Under the pieces are notes generated by a model. The model was given only the letters and a program-made list of their open reading frames with translations. It was not told where the DNA came from and made no database searches. Shown piece by piece: positions 47,749-57,905 of a stretch of 64,000 bases of DNA. Each line of letters begins with the position of its first letter. Position 1 is the stretch's first letter. This DNA comes from Alphaproteobacteria bacterium (lineage in GTDB: Bacteria; Pseudomonadota; Alphaproteobacteria; UBA828). Made by a program: the position numbers and the translations under genes. The stretch is taken from assembly GCA_965214705.1 (NCBI GenBank), contig CBDCCI010000002.1:640001-704000 (forward strand), in the 5' to 3' direction.

Positions 47749-48025
47749 TCAGGAGACGATGGCGCCCTCAGGCACCAGTCCTTGGGTGGCATAGCGCCAC
47801 AGCGCGATCAGCAGCTTGCGCGCGACCCCCACGATCGCCCGCTTCCTCGCTCGCCGGTCCCTCCCGCCACCGGCATCCCTGGCGACGTAGGCGTGGAACC
47901 ACTTCGTGATCGCGCTTTCCGGTTGCAGCTTCAGCGTAAGCGGTATCGGGCCCCCATACTTCCAGCGGATCTGATTTCGGGGCTGACTCTCCGCCTTGAC
48001 CACGAGCCACACAGGAGAGATCGCG

Positions 48026-48451
48026 ATGACAGATTCGATTTTGGCATCTGGCGACGGTGTCGCTGTTGCTTCGGTTGAGATCCCAGCTTCTGAGGGAGCC
48101 GCCCCGGCTCCGTCTGAGCCGGCCCCCATGCGACGCTGGCCGGACGATGAGAAGGCGCGGATTGTCTCGGAGAGCTTTGAGCCGGGCTCTTCGGTTGCGG
48201 CGGTCGCGCGCCGCCATGGCGTCAGCGATACGACCCTGACCAAGTGGCGGCGGCGCGCGCGGGAGGGAACTCTTCCGGGCGCTCGGATTGGTGGCTCTGC
48301 ACCGCCATTTGTTCCCGTGGTGGTTGATAGCGTGACGTCCGAGCGGACGGTGGCGATCGAGGCGCTAGGCGTGGTCGTTCGCCTTCCGGTGGAGAGCGCG
48401 GTCGATCGGATTGTTGCGGTGGCCTCGGGCCTGGGCCGGGCGTCGTCATGA
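48026..48451 (+). CDS. tnpA: IS66 TnpA
   Basis: RRWPDDEKARIV..S.AAVARRHGV....WRR HTH. Confidence 0.9.
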   Translation: MTDSILASGDGVAVASVEIPASEGAAPAPSEPAPMRRWPDDEKARIVSESFEPGSSVAAVARRHGVSDTTLTKWRRRAREGTLPGARIGGSAPPFVPVVVDSVTSERTVAIEALGVVVRLPVESAVDRIVAVASGLGRASS

Positions 48452-48798
48452 TCGCGGCCCCCTCGCTTCGCATCGTGTTGGCGACGCGGCCGGTTGATTT
48501 TCGTCGCGGCCACGACGCGCTTGCGGCGACGGCGGCGGGGGAGCTGGACCTCGATATCTATTCCGGGGTGATCGTGATCTTCCGCTCGCGCCGCGGCGAC
48601 AGGCTCAAGCTCCTTGCGTGGGACGGCAGCAGTCTGGTGATGACCTACAAGCGTCTGGAGCAGGGCCGCTTCGCCTGGCCTCGGATCGAGGATGGTGTGA
48701 TGCGCCTTACGAAGGGCCAGTTCGAGGCCCTCTTCGAGGGTCTGGACTGGCGCCGGGTGAAGGCCCGCCCGGTTCGCCGCCCGCTGGCGGCGGAGTGA
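48448..48798 (+). CDS. tnpB: IS66 TnpB accessory protein
   Basis: PVDFRRG, FRSRRGDRLKLLAWDG, KRLEQGRFAWP. Confidence 0.93.
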   Translation: MIAAPSLRIVLATRPVDFRRGHDALAATAAGELDLDIYSGVIVIFRSRRGDRLKLLAWDGSSLVMTYKRLEQGRFAWPRIEDGVMRLTKGQFEALFEGLDWRRVKARPVRRPLAAE

Positions 48799-48891
48799 GG
48801 CGGCACGCAGGCGGGGCCGCAGATTTCGGTCGCGGTCCCGCCTGCACTTTTCCCTGGTCATGCATTGGCGAATCGGATTAAGGGGTGGCCC

Positions 48892-50607
48892 ATGCCGAAG
48901 GTCACGCCCTCACCCCTCAGCAGCGCCGGTTCGCCGTCGCCTGCGGTGGTTTCGGCGGCGCTGGCGGCCCTGCATGCGGAGCTTGACGACGAGCGCGCGG
49001 CGCGCCGGGCGACGGAAGCAGCCCTATGCGAAGCGGAGCAGGCACGCGGCGCGGCGGAGGCGGCGAGGCAGACGGCGGAAGCGCGGGCGGCACGGCTGGA
49101 GGCCGAGAACGCGCAGAGCGCGGAGCAGATCAGCCGGCTTGAGCATCTCAACAAGGAGCTCAGGAAGGCGCTGTTCGGTCCGCGCTCCGAGAAGCTCGGC
49201 GAGGACGAGCGCCAGCTTACGTTCGAGGAGTTTTGGGCGGCGATCGCTGAAGCCGGCGGTCGGCCCGAGGCAGATGACCAGGAGCAGGACGAGGGGGCTG
49301 GCGGCAAGCGCCGGCGGCGCTCTTCCCGGGGGTCGCGCAGCGGGGTGCGCTTCGGGCCCCAGGTCGACCGGCGCGAGGAGGTGATCGAGCCGGACACGAT
49401 CATGTGCCCCTGCGGCTGCGGCGAGATGACGAAGATCGGCGAGGACCGCAGCGAGCGGCTGGACTATGAGCCGGCGAAGTTCACCGTCATCGAGACCGTG
49501 CGCCCCCGCTACGCCTGCAACAAGTGCAAGGGGGGCGGGGTGGTGCAGTCGCCGGCGCCGGCCGCTCTGGTCGAGGGCGGCCTTCCCACCGAGGCTCTTC
49601 TGGCGCAGGTGCTGATCGCGAAGTACGGCGATCATTGCCCGCTCTATCGCCAGTCGCAGATCTACGAGCGCTCGGGGATCGAGGTTCACCGTGCGACGCT
49701 GGCGACGTGGGTGGGCCAGGCGTCGTTTCACCTGCGCCCCGTGGTCGCTTGCCTGGAGGATGAGCTGAAGAAGTCGGATCACCTGGGTCTGGACGAGACC
49801 ACGATCCGCGTTCTCGACCCGGGCCGGGGCAAGACGAAGACGGGCTACATGTGGACCCTTGTGCGTGACGAGCGCCACTGGAGCGGCACGGACCCGCCGG
49901 GCGTCGTCTATCGCTATGCGCCCGGCCGCGGCGGCAAGTATGGCGCCGAGCTTATGGAGGGCTTTTCGGGGACGGTGCAGCTCGACGGCTACTCGGGCCA
50001 CAACATCCTGGCGCGGCCGGACCGGGCGGAAGGCCCTGTGACGCGGGCCCTCTGTTGGGCGCATGTAAGACGGAAGCTGAAAGAGGTATACGACTCGAGC
50101 GCATCGCCGATCGCGCTGGCCGGTCTGAATCGGATCGCGAAGCTCTATGCGATCGAGAAGAAGATCCGGGGCAAGCCGCCGGCGGAGCGCCGCGCGATCC
50201 GTTGGGAGGAGTCGGCGCCGATCGTGAACACCTTCGGTGTCTGGCTCGACGAGCAGCGCTCGCGCGTCTCACCGCGCTCGCGTCTCGGCGAGAAGCTGAC
50301 CTATATCGCCAACCAGTGGGACGGGCTGCTGGAGTTCCTGCACGACGGTCGTGTCGAGATCGACTCGAACCTGGTGGAAAACCGAATCCGGCCGCTGAAG
50401 CTCACCGCCAAGAACGCGCTCTTCGCCGGCAACGACGAGGGTGCGCAAGCCTGGGCCCGCATCGCCTCGCTGATCGAGACCTGCAAGATGAACGGCGTCG
50501 AGCCCTACGCCTGGATGCGGAGCACGCTCGAGAAGATCGCCAAGGGCCACCCGCAGTCGGGCATCCAGGAGCTTCTGCCGTGGAACTTCCAGCCCGAGGC
50601 AAAATGA
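48892..50607 (+). CDS. tnpC: IS66 TnpC transposase
   Basis: FGPRSEK, CPCGC..C..C, PLYRQ, LDET, DGY, CWAHVRRK, DSNLVEN. Confidence 0.95.
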   Translation: MPKVTPSPLSSAGSPSPAVVSAALAALHAELDDERAARRATEAALCEAEQARGAAEAARQTAEARAARLEAENAQSAEQISRLEHLNKELRKALFGPRSEKLGEDERQLTFEEFWAAIAEAGGRPEADDQEQDEGAGGKRRRRSSRGSRSGVRFGPQVDRREEVIEPDTIMCPCGCGEMTKIGEDRSERLDYEPAKFTVIETVRPRYACNKCKGGGVVQSPAPAALVEGGLPTEALLAQVLIAKYGDHCPLYRQSQIYERSGIEVHRATLATWVGQASFHLRPVVACLEDELKKSDHLGLDETTIRVLDPGRGKTKTGYMWTLVRDERHWSGTDPPGVVYRYAPGRGGKYGAELMEGFSGTVQLDGYSGHNILARPDRAEGPVTRALCWAHVRRKLKEVYDSSASPIALAGLNRIAKLYAIEKKIRGKPPAERRAIRWEESAPIVNTFGVWLDEQRSRVSPRSRLGEKLTYIANQWDGLLEFLHDGRVEIDSNLVENRIRPLKLTAKNALFAGNDEGAQAWARIASLIETCKMNGVEPYAWMRSTLEKIAKGHPQSGIQELLPWNFQPEAK

Positions 50608-52008
50608 CTCGCGCGCTCACGGCGCTCCTCAAGAAATCCCCGTCGTAGTCAAGCCAGATTCCGGTATGGGGTCTGCGTACCGCTTACGCTTCAGCCAGCG
50701 CCAAGCCATCTGGATCATGTGCTTCCTGACATGCGAGGGGCCGGCCTTGCTGATGCCAAGATCGTGGTCGACATCTCCGCTCGCCCACGGCACCGACGTC
50801 AACCCGGCCCAGCTGCCCAACTCCCGGCGATTGCGGAAGTCCCGATAGAACACCTCGCCAGCCAGCAGTGTGGCGTCATTGAGGCCGATGCCATGGATGC
50901 GCGTAAGCGCCGCGATCATCGCCGTCCCGTCACGATTGGTCGCGTCCTGGGCTTTCCGGCCAGCCTTCAGCAGGGCCCTCTTCTCGGCCTCGATCATCTC
51001 GATATGCTCCTCAACCAGGCGAAGCATCCCCACCGCCCTCTCAATCTCTGCCCGCGCACGCGGCGGCAACGGCGCCCCATAGCCCGTCCGCGCGGTCGCG
51101 AGGCGTTCGAGGAAGTCCGGCTTGCGCGGCGCCAGATCGAAGATGCCGTGCAACTGCAAGAGCCCTTTGATCCGGTTGTTGACGCGGGTACGCTCGCTGA
51201 TCAGCGTGTCCCTCTCGCGCAGCAGGCGCTTGGCATCCTCCTGGTCCACATCGGGCACGCGCACCCAGGACATGGCCTCCGAATCGCCTTGGTCCCATGC
51301 CTTCAGAGCCCGAACCATCCTCCTCGCGTCGATACGGTCGGTCTTTTTCTTCTTGGCGCGCCGGTTCACCCGCAGGCTCGCCGGATCGTTCATGAAGATA
51401 TCGATCTCCGCGTCACGGCGCTCGATATCGCGGGCAAGCCAGAACCCCTCGTAGCCCGCCTCGTAGGTCAGCATCACCCGAGGACGGGCGCCGAGCTCCC
51501 TCGCCACCCGTTCCCGCACCGACCCGACGAGATCCAACAGTCCCGCCGTGTCGGCAGCAGCCAGTGTGTGGATGCTGATGCTGCCACCCGAGGCATCCGG
51601 GCAATGCACGCCAACGATCCACGATTTGAGGCTGATCTCCACCGCGACATAAATCGTGCTACTACTTGCGCCTGTCAGCGCGGTCGTGTCTGGACCATCC
51701 GACATCCGTCCACTCCGTTGTTGACGATTCCGCTCGGAGAGAAGGTGCTGGCCTTCTCTCCGAGCTTGTCTAACCGCCAGAATCGATTCGGTGCCACCGT
51801 GCTCATGGTATCTGAAGAGCGGATGCTCGCGCCCGCAGCCCTCGCAGGCGTACATGTGGCCGCCGAGCACGGCGGTGCGGCACGCCTCGATGGCGCCCAT
51901 GACCTTGAGCCGGGCGGCGTCGATGCGCCCTTTGTGGCGCTCACGGAAAGCGGCGCCGGCGCGGCGGAAGATCTCCGCCACGCCCGCGCGTTCGGCCTCC
52001 ACGCGCCG

Positions 52009-52887
52009 TCAGTTGCGCAACGCTGCGAAGCCTGAGATCGGGTGGTCGAGGCCCTCGAACATCTTGCCGGTGACGCGGGCGTAGTGACGGGTCGTGTTCG
52101 CGCTTCGATGGCCGAGCATGTCCCGGATCACCTCGATATCGCCGCCGCGCTCGAGGAGATGGGTCGCCGCCGAATGGCGCAGGCAATGGAAGGTGTAGCT
52201 GCGGTCGAGCTCGGCAATGTCGCGCGCCCTCCTGAAGGCGGCCTGCAAGGTCTCCGTTGCGATGGGCCTGTCGAGCGAGACGCCGTAGAAGAGCCAGCTC
52301 GTCGGACGCGGCCAGATGTTCCTGTAGTAGACGCGCAAGTAGTGGATGACGATGTCCGGCAACGGTGCCATTCTCTCGGTGCCGCCTTTGCCGGAGGGGA
52401 TGTGCAGCAGCTTCTTCTCCGACAGGATGTCGCCGACCTTGATGGCCAAGGTCTCGGAGATGCGGAGCCCGCCGCCATAGCCGGTGACAATGGCAGCACG
52501 GTGGCGGAGGTCGGGTGTCGCAAGGATGAGGTGCTCGACCTCCTGCTCCGACATGTAGCGCGGCAGCTTGCCGGGCTTCTTGCGGGAGCGCAGGCCGGCG
52601 ACATGGTCAGGCCAGCCGAGTGTGTCGATGTAGAGGAAGTTCAGCGCGGCGAAGGAGACGTTGGTCGTGCCCGGACTGAGCCCCTTGTCGATCCGCCCCA
52701 GGTACCACTGGCGCACCTGCTCGGCGTCGAGCTCGTCCGGCGAGGCGTCGTAGTACCTGGCCAGGTTCTTGATCTCGCAGATGTAGGCCTTGGACGTGCT
52801 CGCGGCCAGATTGGCGATGCGGAGCTGCTCCTCCATGCGCTGGCGAAGAGGGGTGACGGTGTTCGTGTCGCACGCGGTCCCGGTCAT
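52009..52887 (-). CDS. Tyrosine recombinase of the IS91-like element
   Basis: PLRQRM, YGGGLRISE, GKGG, HCLRHSAATHLLE, LGH..TTRHY. Confidence 0.93.
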   Translation of the reverse strand: MTGTACDTNTVTPLRQRMEEQLRIANLAASTSKAYICEIKNLARYYDASPDELDAEQVRQWYLGRIDKGLSPGTTNVSFAALNFLYIDTLGWPDHVAGLRSRKKPGKLPRYMSEQEVEHLILATPDLRHRAAIVTGYGGGLRISETLAIKVGDILSEKKLLHIPSGKGGTERMAPLPDIVIHYLRVYYRNIWPRPTSWLFYGVSLDRPIATETLQAAFRRARDIAELDRSYTFHCLRHSAATHLLERGGDIEVIRDMLGHRSANTTRHYARVTGKMFEGLDHPISGFAALRN

Positions 52888-53153
52888 TATCGATCTCCCT
52901 GGATCGCGACGGCGCGCCGCCGGACCGATCCGGCGACGGTCCGTCGCAGGGGTCGATGCTAACCACTGGTGATCGGGAGGCTGCTGGGGATCCGCCACCC
53001 GACGGGCGGAGCGCCACTGACGCAACCGGGAAGCGAACGCACAGAACAAACGGCACCCGCGACGCCTCGGAAATGAATGAACTCTACGCCGCTAACTCCG
53101 CGTAGCGGCTTCGTTCAAGTTGTTATCGATGTCCCGCGCGTCGAGACGGTCTG

Positions 53154-55356
53154 CAGGGCGAATTTGTCCAAGCCTGATTTTTGAGTTCTGCGCTACGAGT
53201 TGACCTTGGGTCTGGTCAGCGCGCGCCAACCCTGCTATGGATTGAGGCGACTGGATTCGCGGTGTTCTGCTGCGGATCGGCTTCGAGCAGGGGGACGGTT
53301 TCTACGGTGGATCTTTCCGAGGTCGATGTCGCTGCTGTCCGGCCGGAGGACGAGGCCCGGTTCCGCGCGCTGATGGAGGGGCATCACTACCTGGGTGCGT
53401 CTGCGAAGGTGGGGGCGACGGCGTGGTACGTCGCCCATCGGCGCGGCGAGTGGCTGGCGCTGGCCGTGTTTTCGGCTGCGGCGCGCAAGTGCCGGGCGCG
53501 GGACGAGTGGATCGGCTGGGACTTCCGCACGCAGCACGGGCGGCTGCATCTGATCGCGAACAACGCGCGCTTCCTGATCCTGCCGGGACGGGGTGTTCCG
53601 AACCTCGGCTCGCGGGTGCTGGGGCTTTGCGCGCGGCGCTTGGCGCGCGACTGGCCGGCCCGCTTCGGCCACCCCGTGCTGATGCTGGAAACATTCGTGG
53701 ACGCGGCGAGGTTCCGGGGCACGGTCTACCGGGCGGCTGGATGGCTGGCGGTCGGCCAGACCCGCGGCTTCCGGCGCCACCGCTCGGGCTATGTCGCCGG
53801 CTCGACGCCGAAGCTTGTGCTGCTGCGCCCCCTGGTTCCCGACGCCTGCCGCCGGCTGTCCGCTGCCGGGCTGGATCGGGAGTTGTGGAAGAAAGGAGTT
53901 CCGAGAACCATGATCAGCGCCGCTCAGCAAGAGTCGCTCTACGCCTACTTCAAGGACATCGACGACCCCCGCACGCGCAAGGGACGGCGGCATTCGCTGC
54001 CCAGCGTGCTCGCGCTTGCGAGTGGCGCGACGCTCTGCGGCATGCGAGGCTGGAAGGCCATCTCCGAGTGGGTCGACGATCTCGGCGAGAAGGCGCTGGC
54101 CCGCTTCGGCGTGCGGCTGCGCGACGGGGTGCGCCGGCCGCCTTCGATGTCGACCATCCGCAATGTGGTGATCCGGGTGGACCCGGACCAGTTGGACGAG
54201 GCGTTGCGCAAGTGGCAGGAGGCCCACGGCTCAGGCGACGCGGCGCTTGCCATCGACGGCAAGACCCTGAGGGGGGCCATCGACGAGGACGGGACCCAGG
54301 CTCATGTCATGAGCGCGGTCGGGCACGAGACCAAGGCCACGCTCGCCCAAAAAAACTTCTCCTGAAAGTCGGGGCCGACGAGGAGACAAAGCGCACCAAC
54401 GAGATCGGCACCGTGACGGCGCTGGTGGACCTGATCCCGAACATCGCGGGCAAGACGGTCACGACGGACGCGCTGCTAACCCAGCGCAAGTTCGCCCGCT
54501 ACCTGCTCGACCGGGGCGCGCACTTCATGTTCATCGTGAAAGGGAACCAGAAGACCATGCGGGACGATGTGACGCTGCTCTTCGAAGAGGCGCCGGAGCG
54601 TGAGCCTGACTTCGAGGAGGAGGCCGCGCTGTCGCACGGACGCATCGAGCAGCGGGCAATCTGGACGAGCACGGAGTTGAACGGCTTTCTCGACTTCCCG
54701 GGCGTCGGCCAGGTCTTCATGATCGAGCGCTCCCGCCAGGACAAGAAGACCGGCGAGACCGGCACCGAGACCGCCTACGGGATCTCCAGCCACACGCCCG
54801 GCACGGCCAACGCGCAGAGCCTGCTCGCCCTCAACCGCGGCCACTGGTGCATCGAGAACAGCTCGCACCACTGCCTCGACTGGACCTGGGACGAGGACCG
54901 CAGCCGCATACGCACAGGCTTCGGCCCCGAGAACATGACCCGCCTGCGGCGCTTCGCCATCGGCCTGATCAAGGGCCGGGGGCTCGAGGTCGCCTCGACC
55001 GTGCGCAGGCTCGCCCGCAACGTCCGCGCCGTCCTCGACTTCCTGAAAATGACCGGGAACACCCAGCCGAGGACCGCAAAGCGCGCCGCGCCGGCCTGAA
55101 CCCCGGCGCCCGGCAAGCCGGGCGCAAAGATCGTACCTGCCCTCGCTCCCGACCACGCCGGTGGCGCGATCCATCATGTCGGGGCACCGCCAAATCGCGA
55201 CGGCACCGCCCGCACCGCCCACACGGTAATGCCAGAACCCTCTGACCGAACCGGATGCTCGGCCAGACCCCGCCGCAAACCCCGCAACAAAGCCGATCCG
55301 CACAACCCGTGGCCAGAACTCAACTGCCTACCAGCCGCTTGGACAAATTTGCCCTG
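53154..55356 (+). mobile_element. ISAs1 family element with DUF4338 N-terminal module
   Basis: TIRs CAGGGC(G/A)AATTTGTCCAAGC; 10-bp TSD AGACGGTCTG (53144-53153, 55357-55366). Confidence 0.95.
53307..55099 (+). CDS. DUF4338 (DruA-like) domain fused to ISAs1 transposase, -1 frameshift at A7C 54349-54356
   Basis: HHYLG, RDEWIGW, NNARFLILP, LETFVD..RFRGTVYRAAGW; then DPR..GRRH, AIDGKTLRG; -1 frame NEI, TDALLTQ, VKGNQ, HGRIE, RGHWCIEN. Confidence 0.85.
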
Positions 55357-55850
55357 AGACGGTCTGTCTTCTCCATGATCCGCACCCGCCCGGCGGCCGC
55401 ACGGTCGAGTGCCTGTCGGTAAGGATGCTGCCGGTCCTGCAGATGCTTGAGCGTCTGGCTATAGATGGCCTCATTTGGGACGATCCACAGCACGAACCCC
55501 GTGTTCCGGTCGAGATATCGCCCGATGATGCGTGAGACGGCGGAGACGGCGAGCCAAGTTTTGCCGCCCCCGGTTGGCACCTTCAGCACCGCATCGGGCA
55601 CCGGGCGCCCGCATCCGTCCGTGCGCGGCGAGAAAGGGATTGCTTCGCGTGACGGTGGCAGCCGGCCCTCCGCCTTCATCTGCTCCCACGCATTGCCGGC
55701 AAAGTCCGGAATTGGCACATCCAGGTCCGGTTCCTGCTCTGCAAGCACGGCCAATCGGTCGGCCCTCGTTTTCTTTTCTTTGAGAACGCCGATATAGGCA
55801 TCGAGAACGGCGAGCGCCCGGTCCTGATAGTCGAGTTGCCGGAACACGGT

Positions 55851-57650
55851 TCAGGTCCGATCGACGCGGTAGAGCGCGAAGGGGAGCGGCACGAATTCGA
55901 CCGGGATATTCTGCTCGGCCAGCATCTTCTGGCTGACATAGCGTGCCGGGGCGAAGACGAGGTGGCGCTCCTCTGGAGCTGTCTCCGCAAACTCTCTGGC
56001 GCGAGCCCACGTCAATGCAGCATCGGCAGACTTCAGCCATTCCAGATCGGGCTGGTAAATCAGCCAGACGTGCTGCCCGTCGGCCTTGCCGAGATAGCAA
56101 TTGTCCTCCCGCACAGTCGCTGGATCGAGGGCGCGGTTGGTCGCCATGTGGAAGAGCGCCGCGCCGATCGCCTCGTAGGGTGGCAGGGTCTCCCCGCTCA
56201 ACAGCTTGTCTAGTTCTACGGGATCGCCGAGGGTGCAATAGGTGAAAGAGCCACCTAACCCTTCTGTTCGTTTCATTACCGACTTATCGCCAGTCAGGAT
56301 TAATTCGCCGCCTTTGATGGTCCTCTTGATCGCATCGTATTTGTGGCCATGCAAGTCTTCGACATCTTGGACGGCCAGAATCAGTTTATCCGCACGCTTT
56401 AATTTTGACCACGTTATCCTTTCACGCATTAACTCGGTACGCTGCGTCCCCGCAAAGGCATATCCTTTCATAGCACGACGAATTCTCTCCGCCGTTAACC
56501 GATCCGCATGTTCTTCCATCTCAATCAAAATGAAGCGTCGATTACTATTGTTCGCTCGGTTTGTTTCAAGGACAGCATGTGCCGTAGTGCCCGTACCAGC
56601 GAAGGAATCCAACACCCAGCTATCGTGCTTGGTCGATATTTCAATTATCTTCCTGATTAGATTTACCGGCTTCGGAGCATGAATCCTCATATCTTCATCG
56701 TCATACTCGGAAAATATTTCTAACAAATGTTTCTTGGAGGATTCGGTGTTTCCCACCTCCTCGGCGAACCAGAGAGTCATTGGGACCAACCCTCTCGCTT
56801 CGTCTTTGTACTGCTTTATTCTGGGTCTACCACTACCTCCTTGAGGCCAGTAAACGCGGTCCTCCGATTTGAACTTTTCAAACTCCGGCTCGGTGGCACC
56901 CCAGCAACGACCTTTTGGTGGCTTTAGCTTGACGCCAGTTGGAGTTGTGATTGTATAAACTTGATTGTCTCGGTGCCCTTGAGCAGAAAACGGAATAGAA
57001 GCCCACGCTCCGCGAGGGTCATTGTCCGGATTTGAGTATCCGGAAGTAGCCGGTGGTAGAAGATTACGGTAAAGTTTCCATGTATCGCGCAGGGATTTAG
57101 AGTAGACTAGAACGTGATCAAAGCTCGGTGAGAGCACGGCACGGTTTTCTCTAGAAGTCCTTTTTTGCCATACAATTTGTCCAACGCAGCAATTCTCACC
57201 GAAAACTTCGTCGAGCATGTGCCTGGCCCGATGTACTTCATTGTCATCGAGTGTAATCCACAAGCTTCCATTGTCTGATAGGGCTTCATGGAGTAAGCGC
57301 AACCTGGGCCACATCATGGCGCACCACTTGTCGTGGCGGAGGCCGTCCTCTATGCCGACAGGGCTCGCATCCAGCCATTCCCTGATCATCGGGGCGTTGA
57401 CGTTGTCGTTGTAGCACCAGCCCTCGTTACCTGTATTGTAGGGCGGATCGATAAAGATGCAGTCCACCTTGCCGGCATAGAACGGTAGGAGCGTCTTCAG
57501 AGCGTGCAGGTTGTCCCCGTGGATGATCAGATTGCCGTCGAGTGATGGTTCTCCGATACCCTTCTCTGGATGTGTGACCAAGGGCCGGAACGGCACAGAG
57601 AGGTGGTGGTTGTAGACGAATTCCTTACCCTTGAAATTCAACTCGGTCAT
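55851..57650 (-). CDS. mod: Type III R-M methyltransferase (Mod)
   Basis: IHGDNL, IDPPYN, LDSFAGTGTT; AT-richer central TRD; start MTELNFKGK. Confidence 0.95.
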   Translation of the reverse strand: MTELNFKGKEFVYNHHLSVPFRPLVTHPEKGIGEPSLDGNLIIHGDNLHALKTLLPFYAGKVDCIFIDPPYNTGNEGWCYNDNVNAPMIREWLDASPVGIEDGLRHDKWCAMMWPRLRLLHEALSDNGSLWITLDDNEVHRARHMLDEVFGENCCVGQIVWQKRTSRENRAVLSPSFDHVLVYSKSLRDTWKLYRNLLPPATSGYSNPDNDPRGAWASIPFSAQGHRDNQVYTITTPTGVKLKPPKGRCWGATEPEFEKFKSEDRVYWPQGGSGRPRIKQYKDEARGLVPMTLWFAEEVGNTESSKKHLLEIFSEYDDEDMRIHAPKPVNLIRKIIEISTKHDSWVLDSFAGTGTTAHAVLETNRANNSNRRFILIEMEEHADRLTAERIRRAMKGYAFAGTQRTELMRERITWSKLKRADKLILAVQDVEDLHGHKYDAIKRTIKGGELILTGDKSVMKRTEGLGGSFTYCTLGDPVELDKLLSGETLPPYEAIGAALFHMATNRALDPATVREDNCYLGKADGQHVWLIYQPDLEWLKSADAALTWARAREFAETAPEERHLVFAPARYVSQKMLAEQNIPVEFVPLPFALYRVDRT

Positions 57651-57905
57651 GCACCGATCCTCGCTCTCTGGCACTCAACGCGTTTATTCGTGCGGGACGT
57701 CTCTGTCGGACTAGGCCTCCCAACCGAAGTCCGCGGCCCTTGGAAGCCGCGAGCCATTCTGTCGCAACCGTAGCGAATCACGAAACGCCATCGGCACTCA
57801 GACGCCACGCAGCTCGCAAGGGGCAAGCGTCAGCCGGGGTTCCCTGATGGCAGGCAAGACCCTCTCTCGGTTGAGACATTGATTGGACGAAGTATGTACC
57901 ACCGT

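Larger units (their letters stand above)
47936..50687 (+). mobile_element. IS66 family element
   Basis: TIRs GTAAGCGGTA..CCCCATAC; 8-bp TSD GCTTCAGC (47928-47935, 50688-50695). Confidence 0.96.
47749..51705 (-). pseudogene. IS110 transposase split by IS66
   Basis: YVAVEIS, YEAGYEG, KTDRIDA, GLTSVPWASG, ISKAG; AWRWLK|LQPES...VARKLLIALW after IS66 removal. Confidence 0.9.
47403..51812 (-). mobile_element. IS110 family element (IS1111-like), interrupted by IS66
   Basis: Precise removal restores the IS91 transposase; no TSD; sub-terminal ATGAGC repeats; long non-coding end downstream of the transposase. Confidence 0.85.
46351..52002 (-). pseudogene. IS91-family transposase split by IS110
   Basis: CRTAVLGG..C..C (52002-51813) joins as HPLF|NSCRNRHCP; HTW...HPHLH HUH; YLSHYTHR Y2 motif. 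Confidence 0.92.
46043..53118 (-). mobile_element. IS91-like element (tyrosine recombinase + Y2 transposase), carrying nested IS110 and IS66
   Basis: CAAG at both junctions; 14-bp IR TTGAACGAAGCCGC (46089/53105); 19-bp perfect hairpin 46047-46088. Confidence 0.88.
43946..55847 (-). pseudogene. res: Type III restriction enzyme Res subunit, interrupted twice
   Basis: Joining 55847-55357, 53143-53119 and 46042-43946 gives an 870-aa ORF: PTGGGKT, DEGH, ELTATP, EGWDCP, QLVGRILRQP, PD...ETKG. Confidence 0.92.

Noticed and set aside
48448-48798. TnpB RNA-guided nuclease
   Set aside because: This is the unrelated 116-aa IS66 accessory TnpB.
50629-52002. 457-aa 'zinc finger-IS110' fusion protein
   Set aside because: Chance in-frame chimera of the IS91 N-terminus, IS110 end, truncated IS110 transposase and IS66 end.
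53181-54365. Druantia defence system
   Set aside because: The DUF4338 domain lies inside an ISAs1 element; no DruE helicase or other dru genes.
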